Shown: positions 28,258 to 40,864, counted from the whole stretch's first letter. The stretch is 56,610 nucleotides of DNA, filler included, from Sphacelaria rigidula (GCA_964200075.2; 4 parts of 4 records of this genome joined end to end with filler, not necessarily neighbours in it), one strand, 5' to 3'. Numbers and translations are program-made. Notes: generated by a model from the letters alone, not told the origin.

Positions 28258-28357
28258 NNNNNNNNNNNNNNNNNNNNNNNNNNNNNNNNNNNNNNNNNNN
28301 NTTAATTAATTAANNNNNNNNNNNNNNNNNNNNNNNNNNNNNNNNNNNNNNNNNNNN
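28258..28357. other. Artificial contig linker
   Basis: Same 100-nt N/TTAATTAATTAA/N spacer. Confidence 0.97.
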
Positions 28358-28486
28358 AGAGGCACCTTGAACATCATCTTCTGTCTACACTCCAAAGCAG
28401 CTTGTCTGCTTGCTTGGCTTAAGTGCCATTGCGCCAACTCTAGCGATCACGTCAAAGGGTTCATCGCGACACTTTTCTAACAGGGC

Positions 28487-28551
28487 GTACTCATTTGTTG
28501 CTTGCCTTAGTCATTTGACCATTGACCACGCATCCCTTTCGAGACGGAGCA
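28487..28551 (+). repeat. Copy of the ~60-bp dispersed repeat
   Basis: GTACTCATTTGTTGCTTGCCTTAGTCATTTGACCATTGACCACGCATCCCTTTCGAGACGGAGCA, followed by a G tract. Confidence 0.85.
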
Positions 28552-28814
28552 ACTTCAAAAGGGGGGGGGGTGTACCTATTTGTTTCGAGCATCCAAGTTA
28601 TTCCCCTCGCTGCTGTAATCTGCACTGTTCCCCAACTCCTTCACCAACTTCACTTCATCCAAGTAGTGTTCGAGCTGTTGCACTCTGTACTGTTTTCATC
28701 TTCACTATTTTCATTGCATCCAAGTATTCTTTTCTTTGCTGCCATTTGCACCGTTTCCGCATCAAAGTATTCTCTTGGCTGCGGCCAGTTGCACTGTTTC
28801 CGGTCGTTTCATCA

Positions 28815-29075
28815 TTTTCACCCCTCGCTTTGTCATGACTCATGCTTGTATCAGGCCATCGAAGAATACCTCGTTTAGAGAGGGTGATAACGTACATGCT
28901 GGTGCGATTCCTTCAAAAATATCAAAATATGTCGATATTTCCTTGTCTAGCACCGTCGCACTTTTGGCACGTTTCATTCGTCTTGATCGTCCACACCTTT
29001 TCCTTGATCACAGTTCCTCGTATATTTTCCCACAACCCATTGCTCCATACTGCGTCATAAGCCTTTTGCACCTGT
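28815..29075 (-). pseudogene. Non-LTR retrotransposon (LINE) reverse transcriptase fragment
   Basis: Frameshifted translation VQKAYDAVWSNGLW..IKEKVW..AKSATVLDKEISTYFDIL / GIAPACTLSPSLNEVFFDGLI matches the LINE RT motifs D-x-x-K-A-[FY]-D and G-V-x-Q-G-C-x-L-S-P-x-L-F. Contains stops and frameshifts. Confidence 0.85.
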
Positions 29076-29526
29076 ATCACCTCACAGTTTTCTCGACCCC
29101 GCCATCGCACTCGAAGCACTCTGCTTCCCCACGTAGTGATGCCTTGAAGCATTTGTCACAGGGGCTACCTCCTGGAAAGGCTACATCAGTGCCGGGTTGA
29201 GGCACCACGTGTATGATTATGGAAATTCCTTTCGGCGAGTACGATACGAAGGTGGAGACTGGAAACAGCCATCTCGCTTGGAAGTTTAGCGCCCCAAGCT
29301 GAAACGGAGGAGCCAAAGAGTAGACTGCAGCCATGGACGTTACGAATGGCTGTGTGTGATGGGGTACACAATATCATTGCGAGAGGAATACGGTAGTGAA
29401 ATAAGGGAATATGTAACTATATATTGCTGCTACCGTGCGCTTCAGTCATGAATTTCGAGTGTTCCTTGTCTTTTTCTTGTGCCGCTGTCATCGATTGCTT
29501 CCCATTTGGTGATATACGGGCACATG

Positions 29527-30030
29527 TGTGAGCCAAGGCGCGTAGTCTCTATTTCCAGTAGAATAGGTATCGGTAGTTACAGAAGAGCACCCCTCAAAAG
29601 CTGCACTCCTGTAACTATTGATCAGTTCGCGGAAAGGTTGTTTTTAGCGAGGTTTGAGCCCCGCACTACCCTAGAATCCAGTCTAACTGATCCAGGGTGT
29701 CGACGCGCGATCACGCTAACTAGCCGATCGTTCTCCAGTCTAACTGAGATCCCGGGAAAACGACAGCGACCGTACTTGTCTGCTGTTTCTGTCGTTGGAA
29801 AGGGCGTTATAGATTTTTTTCCTTTCCTAACGGATGGAGTTTTCCCCTGCTTATCAGGGTTTACCTATTCATTAGATCTGCAACGAGTTTTCCCCTGTAC
29901 TGTAATTCAGCAGGTTTTTCTCGTTTTACTTTCAGGCGTATGGTGCACAGGCGTTGTTTCTGTTCTGGCCCTTCCAGACCTCCAATAAATTTGGGTGTAG
30001 TCATATAAATATGGCTAGGGGGACGTCACA
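29527..30030 (+). mobile_element. Candidate solo LTR (504 bp)
   Basis: TGTGA...TCACA termini, AATAAA near 29984 and an internal direct repeat TCCAGTCTAACTGA. No TSD found. Confidence 0.35.
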
Positions 30031-30519
30031 GATTTATTGGTCGTGTTCCAGTCGACTGGGTTCCATTTGTCATACTTTGTCATGCTTGGTACCTGATGGG
30101 TCATAAATTGTTTGATTGAATTGACTTGGCCGCCCTCTTTGGGTCACAGCGTTTTGGACTATGCATCTCAACTAGCAAAGCACAAGTTAGCCTCTACGCC
30201 AATAATACAAGAGCATCTACGCCATCATGGACTGCTATCTCAGAGGATTCTCTGGTCTTCACAGATGTAAGCTTGACCTTCATGCAACACATGTTGTGCT
30301 GCAGCCTGCGCGGCTCATGGCATGACACCTGACCACTGGTGCGGTGGCTGACTTTACACTCTATAATGTCGAACGCAATGGCTTCGATACTAAAGGTTGT
30401 GTTTGGGCCTGCTAGCCCCGGTGCCCTTTGAACTGGCATCTTCCTACCCAGGTGGTAAGTATCGTACCATGACAGCAACACGCGAGCGGCGGCCACGAGT
30501 ATTCTACGCACGTAGATCT

Positions 30520-30730
30520 TGTAATGCGTGAGAGGACCGCGTGCTTAGAGGACCGCATCGGAATTTGAACATTCCTATGGTTAGGGTTAGGGTTAGGGTT
30601 AGGGTTAGGGTTATGGTCAGGGGTGTGGTGCCTGCAGGGACTGGCCCGATTGGTTTTGAAAAACATCGATCCTGCGGTGTTTTGAACTACGGCGCGGTCC
30701 TCTAAGCACGCGGTCCTCTCACGCATTATA
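30520..30730 (+). mobile_element. TTAGGG-bearing MITE, copy 1
   Basis: TIR TGTAATGCGTGAGAGGACCGCGTGCTTAGAGGACCGC; internal perfect (TTAGGG)5 at 30581-30610. Confidence 0.92.
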
Positions 30731-31368
30731 GATGTAGACAAGTACTTCGACGGTGAGGCGACCGCCATCGCCCAGCAATTTCTCTACCGTTGTCAGCGTT
30801 GTTCGCGGCGGCAGTCATGGTGCGATATCCAAACGCACGCTGCGTACACTCGGTACGTTCAACACTTTAAGATCCAGTACGCTGCAGACCGCGCGTGCAA
30901 CCACTGCAAGATACACTACAGACTGCATGGCAAAAATACGAGGCGTAATAGTCAGGTGGTCGACGACCACACCACCGTCTGTGTTATGACTCTCACAACT
31001 ATGTGCCTCTTGTGCACTCCCAGTCCCTTCCGCCGTAGAGTAGGCGGTTTGAGTTGTGACGAAGGACTTATTCTGAACCCAAAACGTGGAGTGTATACCT
31101 CAGTCTAACAGCGGGGGGGGTCGCTGTCTAAGGGTTATGCGCCTCATGTTGGCGACATTGGCGAGAACGAACCCAAGCGTGAAAATTCCCAGCTGCTCGT
31201 TGTGCTCCGCTTCTTCCATTTCGATTCACGTGAAGGTTTTGCTTCCACAAACTATGCACTTTTGTTTTGGGGGGAGGGGGGGGGGGCTTTTGTAGAAAGT
31301 GTCAACGTCACTTAGACACGTAGACTATAGATTACCAAGAAGTAGGCACTCGGTGAAAAAGATACGTG

Positions 31369-31580
31369 TGTAATGCGTGAGAAGACCGCGTGCTTAGAGG
31401 ACCGCATCGGCATTTGGACATCCCTATGGTTGGGGTTAGGGTCAGGGTTAGTGTCAGGGTTAGTGTCAGGGCCGTGGTACCTCCAGGGACTGACTTAATT
31501 GGTGTTGAGAAACGTCGATTCTGAGGTATTTTTTAACTACGGCGCGGTCCTCCAAGCACGCGGTCCTCTCACGCATTACA
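31369..31580 (+). mobile_element. TTAGGG-bearing MITE, copy 2
   Basis: Same TIRs; perfect 4-bp TSD CGTG. Confidence 0.92.
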
Positions 31581-32002
31581 CGTGGATCGTGATTTTCTTG
31601 AACCGTCATGAGTTTTAGCGCTCGTCTTGCTGCGACGACTTCATTCCAACGCAATGAATATATATTCCTAGACAGCTTCGTCTAGATTCTCAACAGAGTA
31701 GCCACACAGACCAGCACCATTGCTATGTCGATTTTGAAACCCCAACACCGATGTGCCTCGATCCTTCCATCATCCGGGAAGGTCCTTCACGTGTTGAATA
31801 AGCAATGATTCCAGTAGAAAAATGAAGGTGAGACCCAGACGACCTTACCCCGGCGTTCGAAGGGCGAGTCGTTACTTCAAGACCATTTGGCGCGTACGCT
31901 GTTCTCATGTGCACGCCTCTTGATTTTCTAGTATACCAGACTATACCTCGTGTGGTGGACTGACCATGAGCGACTGTTGTGTACGAGAAGTTGAGGACGC
32001 GT

Positions 32003-32220
32003 TGTAATGCGTGAGCAGACCGCGTGTTTTTGGACCGCATCGTAATTCAAAACACCCCGGGACGGACGACGATTTTCAAGACCGCTCGGGCCAGTCCCCC
32101 CAAGGACCGCACCGCGCCCCTGACCCTGATCCCAACACTGATCCTAACCCTAACCCTAACCCTAGGGGTGTTTGAACTCCGATGCGGTCCGAAAGGCACG
32201 CGGTCCGCTCACGCATTACA
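32003..32220 (-). mobile_element. TTAGGG-bearing MITE, copy 3 (variant interior)
   Basis: TGTAATGCGTGAG...CTCACGCATTACA with (CCCTAA)n inside; perfect TSD GCGT. Confidence 0.9.
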
Positions 32221-32956
32221 GCGTGACCCCTGCCGGGTGGGACCAACACGATAGAATGCATACGGCATGTGCTGAGATCATCAGAAAGAATCCCGCGACG
32301 GGGGGGATTCCACTCTCCTCTCCCGTGGACCAGAAACGAAGCGATTTTGGCTTGGTGGATATATTTCGGCATAGTGCGTGCACTGCACTGCTATCTTCGA
32401 ACTCATCCTGAGGAAGGGGAGGGGTTGAAAGGGAAAAGGAAGTAGGCACCGATGGACCGAGGAACAGTCAATAGATGTCCATCGGGGGTGGGCGGATACC
32501 CCCGTTCCTATCCGTTTTCCGGTATCACGAAGTGCATCTTTGTTACTCGAACAGCGCTCTGTTCAGAATGCTGGCTGCTGTGGAGGAATCGTCACGTGGG
32601 TGACCCTTCCTTCATGTCAGAAATGAGGAAGCAATGTTACCAGAAACACCATTCGTCACCGCAGTTCATTCGCTGATCGGAGTAGTCTCGGTAGGGGGGA
32701 CCCTCGGCTTGGGTGTACTTTGCTGCGCTGCACTACTACGAACTTCCGTTTTTTCATATCCAACCGAACTCCCTGGATTTTACGTGGAGCTGTGCGCATG
32801 AACTGGCGGACGATTCTCCCGGAACAATGTCGACGGGGGTAAACTCTGGTGTGGGACAGGTGAGCAGTGGACCCAGCTCGTCCACAACGTGTTTTTGTCG
32901 AAATCGGCGCCTGCGGCATCGATGTGAGGTCTGCCAACCAACGCACACTTTGCCTA

Positions 32957-33171
32957 CACGGGTGGCCACTGGCGTGCCTGTAACCTAGAATTCGGACGTC
33001 ACAGCCGTTGCACAACGCCTTAACCCTTGGACCGCGAGGGTAGGTCACCTGCTGAATCGGCATCAATTTTCATTTGAAAAAAGTATGCGTGATCCAAATG
33101 GACTACCCCCACCGCGGTCTAAGGGTTAACGTCAAAATTTGAGGTTACAAGCACCCCAGTGGCCACCCGTT
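32957..33171. mobile_element. Tc1/mariner-like MITE (CACGGGTGGCCAC TIR) hosting a nested piggyBac-like element
   Basis: TA|CACGGGTGGCCACTGG..GTAACCT ... AGGTTAC..CCAGTGGCCACCCGTT|TA; same TIR family as 41294-41586. Confidence 0.7.
33024..33125 (+). mobile_element. piggyBac-like mini-MITE (102 bp)
   Basis: TTAA|CCCTTGGACCGCG ... CGCGGTCTAAGGG|TTAA: TTAA TSD and CCC/GGG termini. Confidence 0.85.
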
Positions 33172-34243
33172 TAGGGAAACTCATGCACGACCGTTGGCCA
33201 CGGGTCTCGTGCTGCTTGGGTCGGGGTTAGGGTTGGGGTTAGCGGTGTTTTTGTTTTTGTGAAAAAAGAATCAACCTTAAATCTACGCCCGAAACTTCAG
33301 GTCGCCTCAAACTCGGGCCTTCTCCGGCGCTCTAGTGCGGGTGTTCAGACCTGCACCACACAGACGTGAATACCCCGACACATATATGAGAAAAAAACGG
33401 ACAGAATACAAGCCGTATACTCCGCTCGACACCGGGTGAAATATTGTAATTTAGATACGCCTCTCAGTCGTGCCTACCCCCCCCCCCCCCCGCCCCCAAC
33501 CCCCCATCCCCGCATCCTACACCACAACCCCTTCCTCTCCTATTCACCAGACTACTCACCTTCCGGTGTAGTGTGCAACAGTAATTTCACACCACCCTCG
33601 ACCCCCTAGCAGCTTCACTCCTCGAGAGCAAGGGCTACCATGAAGATCGGAGGCGAGAAAACAGCCTTTTTTTTGCTGTTGCTGGGTATGGCATGGGGAT
33701 CCACCGCTGTTGTTGAACCTGAAGGTCAGTGCAAACAGTGCGGTGGGATTTGTTCCGAGCGGTGGTGATGTCATGGTATATTCCATAGCGGATGAGTGTC
33801 TTAAAATTATGCGAACGAGTACACGATCGCATGTTACTGACAACGCGCAGGCTTTCACTGCACCTGCTTGCTGGTATTGGCATCGGGTACTGTGTGTCGC
33901 TGCAGAGTTGTAGAGCGAGCAGGTGATGACTGAGATTTCGAATATCCCTTCAACGGGCGTCGCGTGGCGACTGGAGTGGATGATTAACCTCTTGTATTCG
34001 TACCAAGTTGGGCAAACTACTCCCCAGATTATATTTGGACAGTTGAAGTGCATCGTTATGAACGGACACACATATTCGGCAGCTCATGGCTATAGCGTGC
34101 TGTTTGCATCCCGCGTATGATGCGGCTTGAGCACCGCACACGTCTCTAGGTCACCCACGGGGGTATTATGGACGATCGACCTCCTACGCTCGTCTCCGGC
34201 GCCCACTGTTTGAATTGAACTGTCCATTCTGGATTGATGGTGG

Positions 34244-34436
34244 TGTAATGCGTGAGAGGACCGCGTGCTCAGAGGACCGCACCGTGGTTCGAAACACCTC
34301 AGGATCGACGTTTTTCGAAACCAATCGGGCCAGTCCCTGCAGGTACCACGCCCCTGACCATAACCCTAACCCTAACCTTAGGGATGTTCAAGTTCGAATG
34401 CGGTCCTCTAAGCACGCGGTCCCCGCACGCATTACA
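34244..34436 (-). mobile_element. TTAGGG-bearing MITE, copy 4
   Basis: Full TIRs and a CCCTAA tract; no TSD retained. Confidence 0.9.
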
Positions 34437-34831
34437 ACGATATCTTCGATACTGCAAGCTGACTACATTTGTATGTGGGGTTGCTCCTGCGTTCCTACCG
34501 CTGATTCATGTGGCGGGTACATGATACCATGCCGCGGTATACATATGAATGCCTCGAGCTTGCGCGAGAATGAATAGTGCGCAAGTATGCCCATCTCGGA
34601 ATGAACGTTACGTTACTGCGTGGAGCCAGTGCCACGAGTGTCAAGGTGACGTTCGTGTCCGGCTTCTGCCCAACGTCCATCCCCTTAAGCTTTGATCCCC
34701 CTTATCTTGTAGCACCACTGCTGGAAACTTCAAATGATGTCATCCTGAGAGGAATGGTGAATGGGACATGTGCCCCGCCCAACGAACTCCACAGTCTTGA
34801 ATTTTGAGTCCGGGTTCGATGGAGTCGGCCG

Positions 34832-35044
34832 TGTAATGCGTGAGGGGACCGCGTGCTTGGAGGACCGCATCGTATTTTGCACACCCTTATGGTTGAGGTC
34901 AGTTAGGGTTAGGGTTAGGGTTGGCGTTGTGGTTAGGGTCGGGGACGTGGTCCCTGCAGGGACCGGCCCGATCGGTTCTGAAAAACGTCGATCGTAAGGT
35001 GTCCCGAGCTATGATGCGGTCTTCGAAGCACGCGGTCCTCTCAC
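34832..35044 (+). mobile_element. TTAGGG-bearing MITE, copy 5 (right end truncated)
   Basis: Left TIR intact and (TTAGGG)3 present; the right TIR stops at TCTCAC, next to the adjacent foldback element. Confidence 0.88.
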
Positions 35045-35046
35045 AA

Positions 35047-35486
35047 CACGGGATCTTACGAATTGGGGATGGATATTCTATTGGGGATGAGAAACCCGGA
35101 GAAATAAAATCGTCGTATTCACACCAACTCTTCTAAACATTGTTCCACTTCTTCGCCTACTGATTGCTATTCACAACTTCTACACGCCACAGAAATTTGG
35201 ATCTCGATCACCGAAATGTTGGGGTCGTGGGTGGAGTACCAATTTCAAAACCAATTTGGCATCCGTTCGGACACCCCGAATTCCCCAAAAATGTTTTTTC
35301 ATCCAAGACCCCAACATTTTGGTGATTGAGATCCAAACTTGTATGCCGTGTAGTAGTTGTCAAACGCTATAAGTAGGTCAAGAATTGAAGCAATATCTCG
35401 GAGATTTGGTGTGGATACGAAGATTTCAGTTCTCGGGGTTTTTCATCCCCCCAAAAGGATCCATCCCCAATTTGTAGGATCCCGTG
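35047..35486. mobile_element. Foldback MITE with ~190-bp diverged arms
   Basis: CACGGGATCTTACGAATTGGGGATGGAT ... ATCCATCCCCAATTTGTAGGATCCCGTG. A related right arm occurs at ~37120-37276. Confidence 0.82.
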
Positions 35487-35705
35487 TTTTGAGAACATGA
35501 ATGCCGTGCAGGTATCAGGTACGAGCAGATTCGATTCCACCGTGCGTTGGGAGTCGGAAACAATTTGATAGGGCAGCCCGTGTTATCCAATCGTTTTCGT
35601 GTCGATAACGTGCGGTCGGATCGAATTCGCGCGTGTCTGATTCGTCCGCACTATTTTTTTCTCGGATGGCCGAGAACATGAGTGCCGTGCACGTATCAGG
35701 CGAGG

Positions 35706-35916
35706 TGAAATGCGCGAGACGACCGCGTGCTTAGAGGACCGCATCGGAATTTGAACACCCCTGTGGTTGGGGTTGAGGTTACGGTTGGTGTTGGGGCTCA
35801 GATCAGGGGTGTGATACCTGCAGGGACTGACCCGATTGGTTTTGAAAAACGTCAATCCTGAGGTATTTTGAACTACGGCGCGGTCCTCTGAGCACGCGGT
35901 CCTCTCACGCATTACA
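35706..35916 (+). mobile_element. TTAGGG-bearing MITE, copy 6
   Basis: Diverged left TIR and intact right TIR; flanks GAGG/GGGG. Confidence 0.88.
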
Positions 35917-36336
35917 GGGGTCTCGTCGGATGTGACTTATCACTTTTCGTGAAATCACTTTGGAGAAGCGTTTGCCCCCACGACGACCAGTGCTTCGTGT
36001 CATCGACGAGCAGGTTTGTCCAGATCGAAGCCCAGATCTGCACACAAGTACAAAATGCGGCGGTTCAGGAAGTGAACGTCAAGTCCAATATCTCCGTGTA
36101 CAGCTGCGGACTAGACGCAACGAGGTGATACAGCGCCGACACATCGAGCCACGAAAACCGACGCATAGACACCCAGCACTCACACGCGTTGTTAGCTCAA
36201 GCGCTAGCTCACCATCTACAGACTACATACCGCCTTTGTTGGACGGAAATCCATCCAGTATTGGATGAAAGGCGGCCGCGTGCGTGTCGAATAGCAACCG
36301 CAAACGTGCTGTTGCTGACTGTTTCTGAGAGCGCAT

Positions 36337-36540
36337 TGTAATACGTGAGAGGATCGCGTACTTGAAGGACCGCATCGGAATTTGAACATTCCCATGGTTG
36401 GGGTTAGGGTTAGGGTTGGGTTGGGGTCAGGGGCGTGGTAGCTGCAGGGACTGGCCCGATTGGTTTTGAAAAACGTCGATCCTGAGGTGTTTTGGAGTAC
36501 GGCGCGGTCCTCTAAGCACGCGGTCCTCTCACGCATTACA
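36337..36540 (+). mobile_element. TTAGGG-bearing MITE, copy 7
   Basis: TIRs plus a TT(A/G)GGG tract. Confidence 0.9.
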
Positions 36541-37119
36541 GTGTGCAATGCGCGCGTCTCACGCAAATCAGAGTTCTCCCTGAATTCTGAACCGATTTGA
36601 GCAGGGTCAAGCACAGCATGCTCAGCTGATGAAGAGCAGTGATATGAGCGGTGTGTTTCGGTTCAGGAGGGCAATACCATCCTCAGGTTCACGTTGTCTG
36701 TCACGACCTCGGTCATCCCCCTGTCAAAGGGATGCTTTATGTTCCCGTTTGAGATGTCACAAGGTCATTTTTGCTAGAAGCCTTTTTTTTTTTGGCACTT
36801 GTCGGGGGGGGGGGGGGGAGGGGGACAGGGGGGGGGTATCGCAGGAACCAATCATCACACACGCGGCCATTTGGGTACCTCTGGAATTCCTCGAGGTGGG
36901 TAAACGTTTCGAGCATCCAGAGGAATTGAACGCCTCCGGAGGAGTGCGCGACCCTCCGGGGGAGATGTCCTCGGTTACCTCCAGAGGGATTGAACGCCTC
37001 CGGACGCTCATGTTTGCCTCTGGAGGGCCGCGCATACCCCCCAAATTTGAGCGGTTTCAGGTGTCCGATCGGACGCCAAAATTGGGTTTTCACCTGAGAC
37101 CCGACATTTCGGTTATCGG

Positions 37120-37276
37120 AATCCAAACTTGTATGGCGTGTAGTAGTCGTCGAAAGCTAGTAGCTGTTGGAGAAATGAAAGCATACCTGGAAGATCTCGT
37201 ATGGATACGAAGATTTCAATCCTCCGGGTCTTCATCCACGATGGAAGATCCATTCCCGATTCGTAAAATCCCGTGT
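37120..37276. mobile_element. Partial arm of the 35047-35486 foldback family
   Basis: ATCCAAACTTGTATG.CGTGTAGTAGT..GGATACGAAGATTTCA..ATCCCGTG is shared with 35332-35486. Confidence 0.7.
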
Positions 37277-38166
37277 CTGATATATCATCGGCACACGATT
37301 CTTTTCGTCACACATTATTTACCCTTACGACGAATCCATGATCTCGAGACATGGATCGACCTCCCTTCACATTCTCACGCGTTCGACGATGGAATACTCT
37401 ATTTCGAAAGGGGAAAACGCATCTGGAGGGAAAAACGCATCTGGTGGGAATTCAACCCACGTTCTCTTCACTCTGATGTCGGCAGTCACGACATTATCCT
37501 TTGTGTGAACACCCTCGAGTACAGTGGAAGCCATCGGAGCACAAGCATGATCCCCCCATCACAAGAATAATAGGTAAACTTCGTGATGTGTCGCTGCGCT
37601 TGTCGAGATATTTTCGGTCGGAGGTTTCCAGCTTCTAGGCTGACTGCTAAAACGGTACACCGACATGGTGAAGGAGTGTCTCGTCTCCGCCGTGTATCAC
37701 GTTTGTGGCCACATGCGCTGACCTGCTGTAACCCCAACGTCTGCCTCTAATACTCGTGTCTGCTGCGGCCTCGTGCCGGCAGGCGGGGAGCACGGAATCG
37801 CTAATCAGGAGGACTTCGACCCAGCAGACACGCATCGCGACCTCACATCCCGTGGCCGCAAGGTGACGTGAAGTACAAATATCGCGCACTGCCGTACATT
37901 GACATGCCAATGTTGCAAGTGTAGTGCAGAGGGGATCGGATGGGTTGTATTTGTACAGTATATTCGTATATACGCCGAGCTGAATGGGTGCGGTGGTAGC
38001 CAACGACCACGTTGGACGATTTAACAGACGAGCCACCCTGGGGGTCGAAAAGCCGAATCACACTGGTTCAGTTTGGCACCATATTAGAGTCGCTTCCTTC
38101 GGCGCTGTGGACAACAACCAGCGTGGTTTTACTGCATCGAATGTCCATGTGGTAAGTGACGTTAAC

Positions 38167-38378
38167 TGTAATGCGTGAGAGCACCGCGTGCTTACAGGAC
38201 CGCGCCGTAGTTCAAAACACCTAAGGATTGATGTTTTTCAAAACCAATCGGGCCAGTCCCCGCAGGTACCACACACCCCTGACCATAACCCCAACACTAA
38301 CCCTACCCTAACCCTAACCATGGGGATGTTCAAATTCCGATGCGGTCCTCTAATCACGCGGTCCTCTCACGCATTACA
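38167..38378 (-). mobile_element. TTAGGG-bearing MITE, copy 8
   Basis: Full TIRs and a CCCTAA tract. Confidence 0.9.
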
Positions 38379-38492
38379 GTTGAAGATTAGATCACTCTAT
38401 TGATTATTGTCAACCAGACCAATGCTGGGATAGCGCCCCCCGGGACTGACTGGGTTGGGGAGGCGAGATCTACACGTGAGTCACTGTCGGTC

Positions 38493-38561
38493 GCCCCGGT
38501 GGCTCAGTCGGTAACCTCGAAACCCCCTGACGGTTGGGTCATGGATTCAAATCTGGAAGCG
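38493..38561 (+). pseudogene. tRNA-like remnant or SINE head
   Basis: A-box TGGCTCAGTCGG, B-box-like GGATTCAAATC and a downstream T tract; no full cloverleaf. Confidence 0.45.
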
Positions 38562-38606
38562 ATCTGAGATTTTTTCTCACGCAATCCACAACAGTGGAGA
38601 GCGACT

Positions 38607-38767
38607 TCGGAATTCGAACATCCCCATGGTTAGGGTGTGTGTTGGGGTTATGGTCAGAGGCGTGGTACCTGCAGGGACTGGCCCAGTTGGTTTTGAAAAA
38701 AATCAATCCTGCGGTGTTTCGAACTACGGCAAGGTCCTCTCAGCACGCGGTCCGCTCACGCATCACA
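38607..38767 (+). mobile_element. TTAGGG-bearing MITE, copy 9 (left TIR missing)
   Basis: Interior and right TIR match the family. Confidence 0.85.
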
Positions 38768-38946
38768 GTGGCTCTCGAGGCATCACTCACCACTTACTTG
38801 CATTCGGTGCAGTTCATGGTGGTCACGATGCTGAGTTTTGTATGGTCCTAGGGGGGGCTGGGGGCGCAATTTGAAAATTGTTTTGGAATCAAGGTACCAT
38901 ACCTTCAAAGAGTTGAAATTTGTTGGAGGATTTGGAGGGGGAGGGC

Positions 38947-39007
38947 TACTCATTTGTTGCTTGCCTTAGTCATTTGACCATTGACCACGCATCCCTTTCG
39001 AGACGGG
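38947..39007 (+). repeat. Copy of the ~60-bp dispersed repeat
   Basis: TACTCATTTGTTGCTTGCCTTAGTCATTTGACCATTGACCACGCATCCCTTTCGAGACGG, identical to the copy at 28488. Confidence 0.85.
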
Positions 39008-39098
39008 TTGAGGGGTGAGGGGGCGCGGAACCCACGAGATATCAGATGTCCCCGGGATGGGGTGTCGAACAAGAATCCAAAACCTGACGCTAGACTAC

Positions 39099-39301
39099 TG
39101 TAATGCGTGAGAGGACCGCGTGCTTGGAGGACCGCGCCGTACTCCAAAACACCCCAGGATCGACGTTTTTCATACCCACTCGGGCCAGTCCCTGCTGGAA
39201 CCACGCCCCTGACCCCAACCCCAACCCCAACACTAACCCTAACCCCAACCGTAGGGATGTTCAAATTCAGATGTAAGCACGGGATCCTCTCACGCATTAC
39301 A
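39099..39301 (-). mobile_element. TTAGGG-bearing MITE, copy 10
   Basis: TGT..ACA termini; perfect TSD CTAC; internal deletion in the right TIR. Confidence 0.9.
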
Positions 39302-40638
39302 CTACAACAGTTGTGTGGGGGAATCAGGACTGACTTTAGGCGCTACATTTCGGTATAGTGTGCATCGACTCCTCTTTTTCGGAAGAAATTAGGCCTTACC
39401 GAGCCAATCAGTGTAATTCACAAGTGGACGCGTCACCCCAAAATTACGACCTGGCTCATTTGTAATGTACTGAAGAAATGATACATGCCGCGGCAGGAGG
39501 ATGGAGGAAGCTGCTGCTCCTGTTGTTGCTGTGCCCTTGTTGTTGCACTCGAGTACTGCTGCTGTTTGTCGGTGAAACACTCGAGAAGCACATACCCGCA
39601 AGCTACCACGCCACGTTCACAGCTCTTGCGAATATCACGAGACAAACATTTTCACAAGTTGTGGCCCTCTACACACCACAGCAACAGCCGGACACGTTTC
39701 CCTGGTATGCTGCTGGTCGCGAACCCACGAGGGCCAATTTTGCAACGAAAACTTCTCGGCAACCAAGCAAAGGATCGGACTCGCGTGCCGAGAAAACGCG
39801 ATGCAAGCACTGAAGTTATCTTGTACTTGAACCAAGATGATTGGGGACAAAGCGTGACTCGGAACAAGTCGGAACAACTGATGGCGTTCCTTACTCCCCT
39901 GCCTTATTTATTTTCCCTCGTTGTGTTTTTTTTTGCATTGTAGCTCTCATTCTCCTCATAACATTAGACCAAGTGACACAAGATGGCAGATCGGAACATA
40001 CTTGTTCGGAGGTACTCACTTGGATCGAGTGATCGACTACCTCGTGGTCGGTGTATGTCCAGGATAAGGCAAAACTGCTCGACATTATTACTGCACCTGT
40101 ATCAAAAAAGGCTGACTGAGCACGGGAAACATTTTGGCACGCAAAAGTTGAAGTATCTCCCGCGAGGAGGGCTCGAAATTCTCATCTACGGAGCTCCCTG
40201 TATGGTCAGCGCCTCTTTGCTTTGGTATGGCTTCATTCAACATAGGTTGGCAATAACGTGTTGTTTCATCACATTCACCAGCATTCACATAGCAACGTAT
40301 GGCCGTGGCCCGGAGGTGCACAGCTGTGGTGTGGAGACTGCCATCAACCCGTATGCATGATGTGCCACATGATTAGTACACGTCTTCACGACGTATATTC
40401 TACTCGGCAGCATTCCTCGGGAAATGTGTAGGTTCGCGTGCGACTGTCACCGCAGAGGCAGCACACGGAAAGCGAGGCCTGGAACGAGATGACCAGAAGC
40501 TTCGTCGCCGCCCATTGAAAACTAGAGGGCAAGAGACACGAACGCTGACCAATTAGTTGCCGGCATGTGATCCATTACTGATCACCAACATGTGTGCTGT
40601 TTGCTTCTTGTCTGTGCCGGTTTACTCACTCCACAAAG

Positions 40639-40747
40639 CAGCGTGACAAGTGCAAGCATTTCTCTTGCCCCGGTGACTGGAAGCCAATTGGCGACGACCG
40701 CAAGAGATGCCGCGGCAAGTGCGACAAGTACGACTGCTGCTTCAAGG
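40639..40747 (+). CDS. Exon encoding six-cysteine module 1
   Basis: NAGNAG acceptor (aag/cag), (Q)RDKCKHFSCPGDWKPIGDDRKRCRGKCDKYDCCFK, donor G|gtaagc (phase 1). Confidence 0.75.
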
Positions 40748-40864
40748 GTAAGCGACGTGCGGACGGTTGCATGTGTTGCTGGTGGACGATGAGTCGACAT
40801 TTGAAATCGATTAGAAATGCCCACCACTTGCGAAAAACGGATCGGAACGTTTTTCGAGAAGACC

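Noticed and set aside
30581-30610. True telomere
   Set aside because: The tracts are short, internal and enclosed by MITE TIRs.
36629-37570. 313-aa ORF, the longest in the window
   Set aside because: It runs through poly-T and poly-G tracts and a MITE arm, with no recognisable motif.
27934-40639. Single gene joining DDSTT exons to the cysteine exons
   Set aside because: They are separated by an artificial linker between size-sorted contigs.
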